DNA of 43,051 nucleotides. It comes from Conidiobolus incongruus B7586 (taxonomy: Eukaryota). Both the position numbers and the translations under genes were made by a program. Under the pieces are notes generated by a model. The model did not search any database and was not told the DNA's origin. It saw nothing but the letters and a program-made list of their open reading frames with translations. Location of the stretch: the NCBI GenBank assembly GCA_000697335.1, contig JNEM01013901.1, positions 1 through 43,051 of the forward strand, in the 5' to 3' direction. Below, in pieces: positions 37,698 through 43,051 of this stretch (the stretch's first letter is position 1; each line of letters starts with the position of its first letter).

Positions 37698-38030
37698 ATG
37701 TCACAAAGTCAAAAGTAAAGTACTATTTAAATTTTTTAAAAACAATATTATTAATTTCATTTTAATAGAGAATTAACTTGTACTTATAATACCCACAATT
37801 GGAGCCAACCCTATAATTCAGACGAAAGTTTAGAACAAAATATTAAAAACTTTAAAACTTATATCAACGATTTATTGACTGAACAATTAAAAACTTGTAA
37901 TGACGACCCCAATATTGTTGTCAATGAAGATGATGATGTTGAAGAAGAGGAGGAAGATGATGAAAATATAACGTCAACTGAAAATGGAATTCAAGAAAAT
38001 CCTGATAAGAAGCAGAAGATTAGTCCTTAA
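37698..38030 (+). CDS. GON7: Small acidic protein, GON7-like (KEOPS/EKC subunit), 92 aa. Exons 37698-37714, 37769-38030
   Basis: MSQSQKELTCTYNTHNWSQPYNSDESLEQNIKNFKTYINDLLTEQLK...EDDDVEEEEEDDEN...PDKKQKISP. L-x-x-x-Y start, INxxLTE helix, acidic tail and terminal basic NLS-like motif. One in-frame GT-AG intron. Not in the ORF track. Confidence 0.65.
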
Positions 38031-39325
38031 ATAGGATTATGTATATTACCCATAGGTAATAAACTACTTGAATTATTGTATAATATTTAGAATACTTTTC
38101 ACTCTAATTTTATTTATATTATTTATAGTTTAATTAATACGATTTATTATGATTTTATTCCTAAAACAAAATAATTTAATTTAATTTATTGATTAAATCT
38201 CAAAATTCAACGCCTTTTCATTAACTAAATTATTATATTCAAATTCAAATTCGATCTTTTTAATTTTTATAGGTATAATAATTATTATAAATTAATTATA
38301 TTATTAAAAACAAATATTTTTTAAATTATTGGTTAAAAAATAATTGAGGCATTTTACAGCTATTTAAATTGATATTCATTAGCTAGTTTTGAATTCAAAT
38401 ATTTTTTTTATTAAAAGGGAGATAATATATTGTTTAAGCTAGTAATGCTTGAAATAATATAGGTAATACTCTTGTTGAGAGTTCAAATATGGGAAAACAT
38501 CATTTACATTCTATTAATAGGTAAGTTATTTTAATTAATTGGTCTTGGATATATTTCTAAATTGTATATAAGCAATAACCAAATATAAATACAATATCAA
38601 ACGTTGGATATATTTGATGAATAATAATTCAAAGACAATTTTAGATTCAATAAGCTAATTAAATTTTAAAAATATGAATCTATATAATAATAGCAAAAAA
38701 TTTGATTAAACTTAAGCAAATAGATATTTGATAAAAAGTAATTTGATATAACATTAATCAATATATTTGATGCTTGTATTATTCATCTACAAATTGAAGA
38801 AAGTATAAATAAGAACTCTCTTAGGATTTAAGTAATATATCATTTAAATCTTTAAATGTTAATTTTAAATCAAAATAACGTTTAAAAATATGTCAAGTCA
38901 TAAAAAGTGTAATTGAAAAATTTATTTCTCATTCATTAAAATTGGTATTTTTATACTATTATTTTTTTTAATGATGTTAATATCAAAACAACTTTCAACA
39001 ACCTTACATACTTCCTAAAATTAGTATTATTAATTGGTCGAAATTTATCGATTAAATAAAATTCCGAATTAACCTCAATTTATTGGCCAATGAAGAAATA
39101 GTATTATAAATTAAAATAATAAAATTTATATAAAAAATATTACAATTTGGGCGAATTTCAAGTTATTTAAGTTTATTATTCTCATTATACTTGTTAAACA
39201 ATTGGTTTTTTAACAAAATTGTCACATTGGAAGTTTCACATGTGTGCAAAGATAAAGTATATAATAATGCTCAATCATAATAAATAAAAGATTACCAAGT
39301 TATATAATTGATAATTAACAATAAA

Positions 39326-40885
39326 ATGCGCGAAAAGAAGAGAAGTTGTTGGAAGAGATATTGGTGGGTATGGCTGATACTAGCTCTGCTCATAGCTATC
39401 GGTCTCGTATTTTTAATTTTATTGGTAATTGTGAAACCGCCAGCAGTTATGAAATTTTTCAGATTGGATAATAGCTCGAACAAGTCGTCAAACTCAAATT
39501 TGCCCAATTTGGAGAATAATCCTAAACTGGACGAGAATGAAAAGATAGAGACTGAGAAGGCGTTGAAGGGACCTCCCAACTTCGACTGGATCCCCCAGAG
39601 CTTGGGCGATTACGATGATTCCACTCAGCCTAATGATTACACTCCCCAGTTGAAAGAAGCTTTCCCTTACGGAAAGACACCCATTCGTGGTGTGAATCTT
39701 GGTGGTTGGTTGGTGTTGGAACCTTTCTTGACCTATGATCTCTTCGCCAAATTTGATCCAAGCGAAAATGTTATTGACGAATGGACACTTTGCCAAAAGT
39801 TGGGTAAATCCAAATGTAAAGAATTGTTACATGAACATTACAATACTTTTGTCACTGAAGATACTATCAAAAAGATCAGAGACGCAGGTCTAAACCATGT
39901 TAGAATTCCTATTCCTCATTGGGCTATTGACATTCAAGACGATGAACCTTATGTGTATGGCAGTTGGTACTATTTATTGAGAGGCATTCAATGGTGCAGA
40001 AAGTATGGTATCAGAGTTCAACTTGATTTCCATACAGCTCCAGGCAGTCAAAATGGATGGAATCACAGTGGGCGTCAAGGTCGCGCAGGATTTTTGAATG
40101 CAACCAACCCGGATAACGATGCATTGGTGAAACGATTCAACGGTATTATGATGAAAACTATCGAGTACTTTACTCAGCCTCAATTCTCTAACGTCGTCAC
40201 AATGTTTACAGTACTTAATGAACCTAAAACTGAGGACGATGGATTACAATTACTCGTCGATTTCTATAAAGATAGTTACAAAATGATCCGAAGCAAATTC
40301 AGCACTAATAGTACAGCACCACTCTTAGTGTATTCCGAAGCATTTAGATCCTTCAAGTACTGGCCCAAAGTAATGCCCAAATCTCAGTACAAGAACGTAG
40401 CACTCAACGGCAACAATTACATCGCATTCGATCCTCAAGTGTACAATTTAGATCAGGACGAAATCTTGGACATTCCATGCAAAGGCTGGCTTAAAGACTA
40501 CAAAGAAGCTACCAAAGAGTTTGGAGCAGCCATCTGTTCTGAATTCTCAGTCGCCACGAACGATTGTGGTGCATTCGTTAATGGCGTGAAAATGGGCAAT
40601 CGCATGAATGGCAATTTCAACGAGGGTTTCGACAACTACACATGCAAGGATTGCAAATGTCACAAGCATTTGGACTGGAAGAACTACACCCCAGAGTATA
40701 AACAATTCCTCAAGAAGTTCGTCGAAAAACAAATGGACGCATTTGAACTCGGTGGTTTGGGGTGGTTCTTTTGGAATTTCCGAACCGGTAACAATATGAA
40801 TCCTCTCTGGGATTACTTTTTGGGATTGGATGAGGGTTGGATTCCTAAAGATGCTAATAATAGGGAATCACATTGTAAAGCTTAA
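39326..40885 (+). CDS. Type II membrane-anchored GH5 exo-beta-1,3-glucanase (ExgD/Exg2-like)
   Basis: N-terminal basic stretch plus TM helix. IRGVNLGGWLVLEPF, DEWTL, LNHVRIP, DFHTAPGSQNGWNHSG, NEP acid/base, EFS nucleophile, WFFWNF. First ATG at 39326. Confidence 0.95.
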   Translation: MREKKRSCWKRYWWVWLILALLIAIGLVFLILLVIVKPPAVMKFFRLDNSSNKSSNSNLPNLENNPKLDENEKIETEKALKGPPNFDWIPQSLGDYDDSTQPNDYTPQLKEAFPYGKTPIRGVNLGGWLVLEPFLTYDLFAKFDPSENVIDEWTLCQKLGKSKCKELLHEHYNTFVTEDTIKKIRDAGLNHVRIPIPHWAIDIQDDEPYVYGSWYYLLRGIQWCRKYGIRVQLDFHTAPGSQNGWNHSGRQGRAGFLNATNPDNDALVKRFNGIMMKTIEYFTQPQFSNVVTMFTVLNEPKTEDDGLQLLVDFYKDSYKMIRSKFSTNSTAPLLVYSEAFRSFKYWPKVMPKSQYKNVALNGNNYIAFDPQVYNLDQDEILDIPCKGWLKDYKEATKEFGAAICSEFSVATNDCGAFVNGVKMGNRMNGNFNEGFDNYTCKDCKCHKHLDWKNYTPEYKQFLKKFVEKQMDAFELGGLGWFFWNFRTGNNMNPLWDYFLGLDEGWIPKDANNRESHCKA

Positions 40886-41134
40886 CCTGAATTCTCTCAA
40901 TTAATATTTATTATTAGAAGGTGGACTAATTTTGTTATTGTGTGATTTGATTTAGCACCAATAATCGGCTGATTATAACTAAATTCTCCTTAATTTTTAA
41001 AGTGTTAATAACTATTATTAATATTAATTTAATTTAATAAATACCTAATAATTTATTTAAATATATATGAGAATATGATCAATGTAATAGTTTAATAAAA
41101 TCCAATTTCTCAATTTTTACAGATTATCATCAAG

Positions 41135-41890
41135 ATGAACCTAAAAAACTTCCAATTGATAATATTATTAAACAAATTTAATTTTTGTTATTATTTTAAT
41201 TTTCGGTTTATATATTTTATTATTAAGTTTGAATTGATAATAGTATTTATTGAAATATTAAAAATATATACATTGATTAAATTTTGTCGTGTATCGGGAG
41301 GTCCGCTGGCCATTCAACTTAAACCATCCGACATTATTTAAAATATTACTTACTCACAAGTACCATCCAGTATCCTTGTACGATGAGAAATGGGGAAACT
41401 AAAATCAGTGATTCAACACATTCGCAAGGACTAATAACGCTATAAAATTACTACTGAGCACATATTTACTCGAGAATCATTTCGATAAGGACTAAGCTCT
41501 GTACACACTGATATTTTAATAAAACCTATTAAAGTATCTCGCTAGCCACCTTTAGCCTGTTTTATCAGATCTGTTTTATCCACATTCCAATGCTATTTTC
41601 CAACAGACTTGCAATATGTTGAACTACTTTTTACTCATCAAATTTACATCAATCCGACTTCGAATATATTAACCATTCTAAAAAGTAAATGGGAGTTTGA
41701 CCCAAAAATAAATTTTTCCAACCTCAGGATTGATATTTTCATTCTTCATAGCATTGTCTTCACAAATAATTTAACATTTTCTATTACATGGAAATAAACT
41801 TCAACAAATGGCTTACCAATACTTTTGCAAGCTTAATCACGATGGAATGATGGAATGTGGAAATTTTAAGATGAAAGTATGGAAGTTAAA
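41135..41890 (+). pseudogene. Degenerate gene remnant, possibly tyrosinase-like
   Basis: GC-raised island with broken frames: LVR*EMGKL, NNAIKLLLS....NHFDK, SSVH, FTHQIYI..FE, EFDPKINF. These follow the order of tyrosinase motifs VRxE..L / A...L....D....H / FLxWHRxY...FE / DP...LPYW. CuB region not seen. Confidence 0.4.
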
Positions 41891-43051
41891 CTTATATATT
41901 GTTGTATTTTATATGGTATATTTAAAACCAATATTATAATATAGAATTTTAAATACATTATATTATTAATCAACTAATCCAATTTATATACTTTGAAAAT
42001 ATATAACTTTATATTAAATTAGTTCTCAAATTAATAAGTTGAGATTTTAGTTTCAATAGTTATCAATCATAGATTTAAAATTAATTATTAAATTATTAAA
42101 TAAGGATAATCCATTATTATTCTATTTTTTAAAACCTAAAGTCCATTACACTTAATGTTTTATTTATTTTTAAATAACAATTTTTTGAATAATATCACTT
42201 TAAGAATATATATTCTATATATTTTGTTAAAAAAATTCTTTTAATTATTATAATAAATATATAAGCTAATATTCAATTTAGACCTTTTAAAAACTTTAAC
42301 TCAATAGACTGATTTTCATTGAATTATATTAGATACTAAATATTATTTAATTTTAAATGGTTATATTAAGGTTATAGCACAATATATTTACTTACCGTCA
42401 ATTATATATATTTATATATATATATATCCAAAAATTATCAAAGATTCAATATAATAAAATATTTTTATTTTATTATATTTGATAAATAATTATTACTTTA
42501 AATAGTAATTGACATTTTCATTCAAATTCATTAATTCTTACTCAAAATTAATATAAAAGTTGATTTTTTGTTTATTGAACATTATCAATAGTTTTACCAT
42601 TTAGTTTTGAATAAAAATATAATTTAGTATATTATTAACTTAAGCTTTATTTTTAAAATTATATTTGATTTTTACTAATTTTTTTAAAAAAACATATTAT
42701 TTGGATTGATATTAATTAAATTAATATATTTAATTTTCTCAAATTTATTTTTTATTAGGGATTATACTTTTAATTGGAATATTATAAATAATTATAAATA
42801 ATTTTTGTGGATTATAAATTAATCAATATAATTGAGTGAAGATTTAAGTATTTAATATCAGATTATAAAAAGTTAAATTATAATGATTTTATTTTCAAAA
42901 TTACCATTATTTAATATAAATATATATTGACCTTTATACGATATTTTGGAATATTTTAGTTTATAATTTGTATAAATTAAATGAAAAATCTCAAATATCA
43001 TAATTTTATTCAAGATTAATAATTAAGTAAATATTAATTTTATTTCAAATT

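Noticed and set aside
1..43051. CRISPR arrays, tRNA or rRNA genes
   Set aside because: No regularly spaced repeats, cloverleaf or rRNA sequence recognised. The window is intron-rich eukaryotic DNA.

Overview
Very AT-rich eukaryotic DNA with many short (about 50-70 nt) GT-AG introns. It is fungal, and most likely an early-diverging lineage such as a Conidiobolus-like entomophthoralean (inference from gene content and style only). Bases 528-8916 are a complete but dead Ty3/Gypsy chromovirus. It has two LTRs, a TAAAA target-site duplication, a polypurine tract and an apparently self-priming (tRNA-independent) PBS. Two DNA transposons are nested inside it at TA sites: a DD34D mariner in the 5' LTR and a long-TIR DD34E Tc1-like element in the RT domain. 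All three are wrecked by C->T/G->A transitions on both strands, a RIP-like signature, while neighbouring host genes are intact. Host genes: SEC24 (12 exons), a MAM3/CNNM DUF21-CBS transporter, a triple-CCCH protein, a Src1/Heh-MAN1 LEM protein, dynactin p22/DCTN3, a single-pass membrane ORF, an Iec1-like C2H2 protein, a small GON7-like gene missed by the ORF track, and a membrane-anchored GH5 exo-beta-1,3-glucanase. Also present: an intron-containing NAT3/NAA20 pseudogene, a second internally deleted mariner copy, a candidate MITE, a probable tyrosinase remnant and a few unexplained fold-back non-coding segments. All alignments and counts were done by eye, with no database searches.
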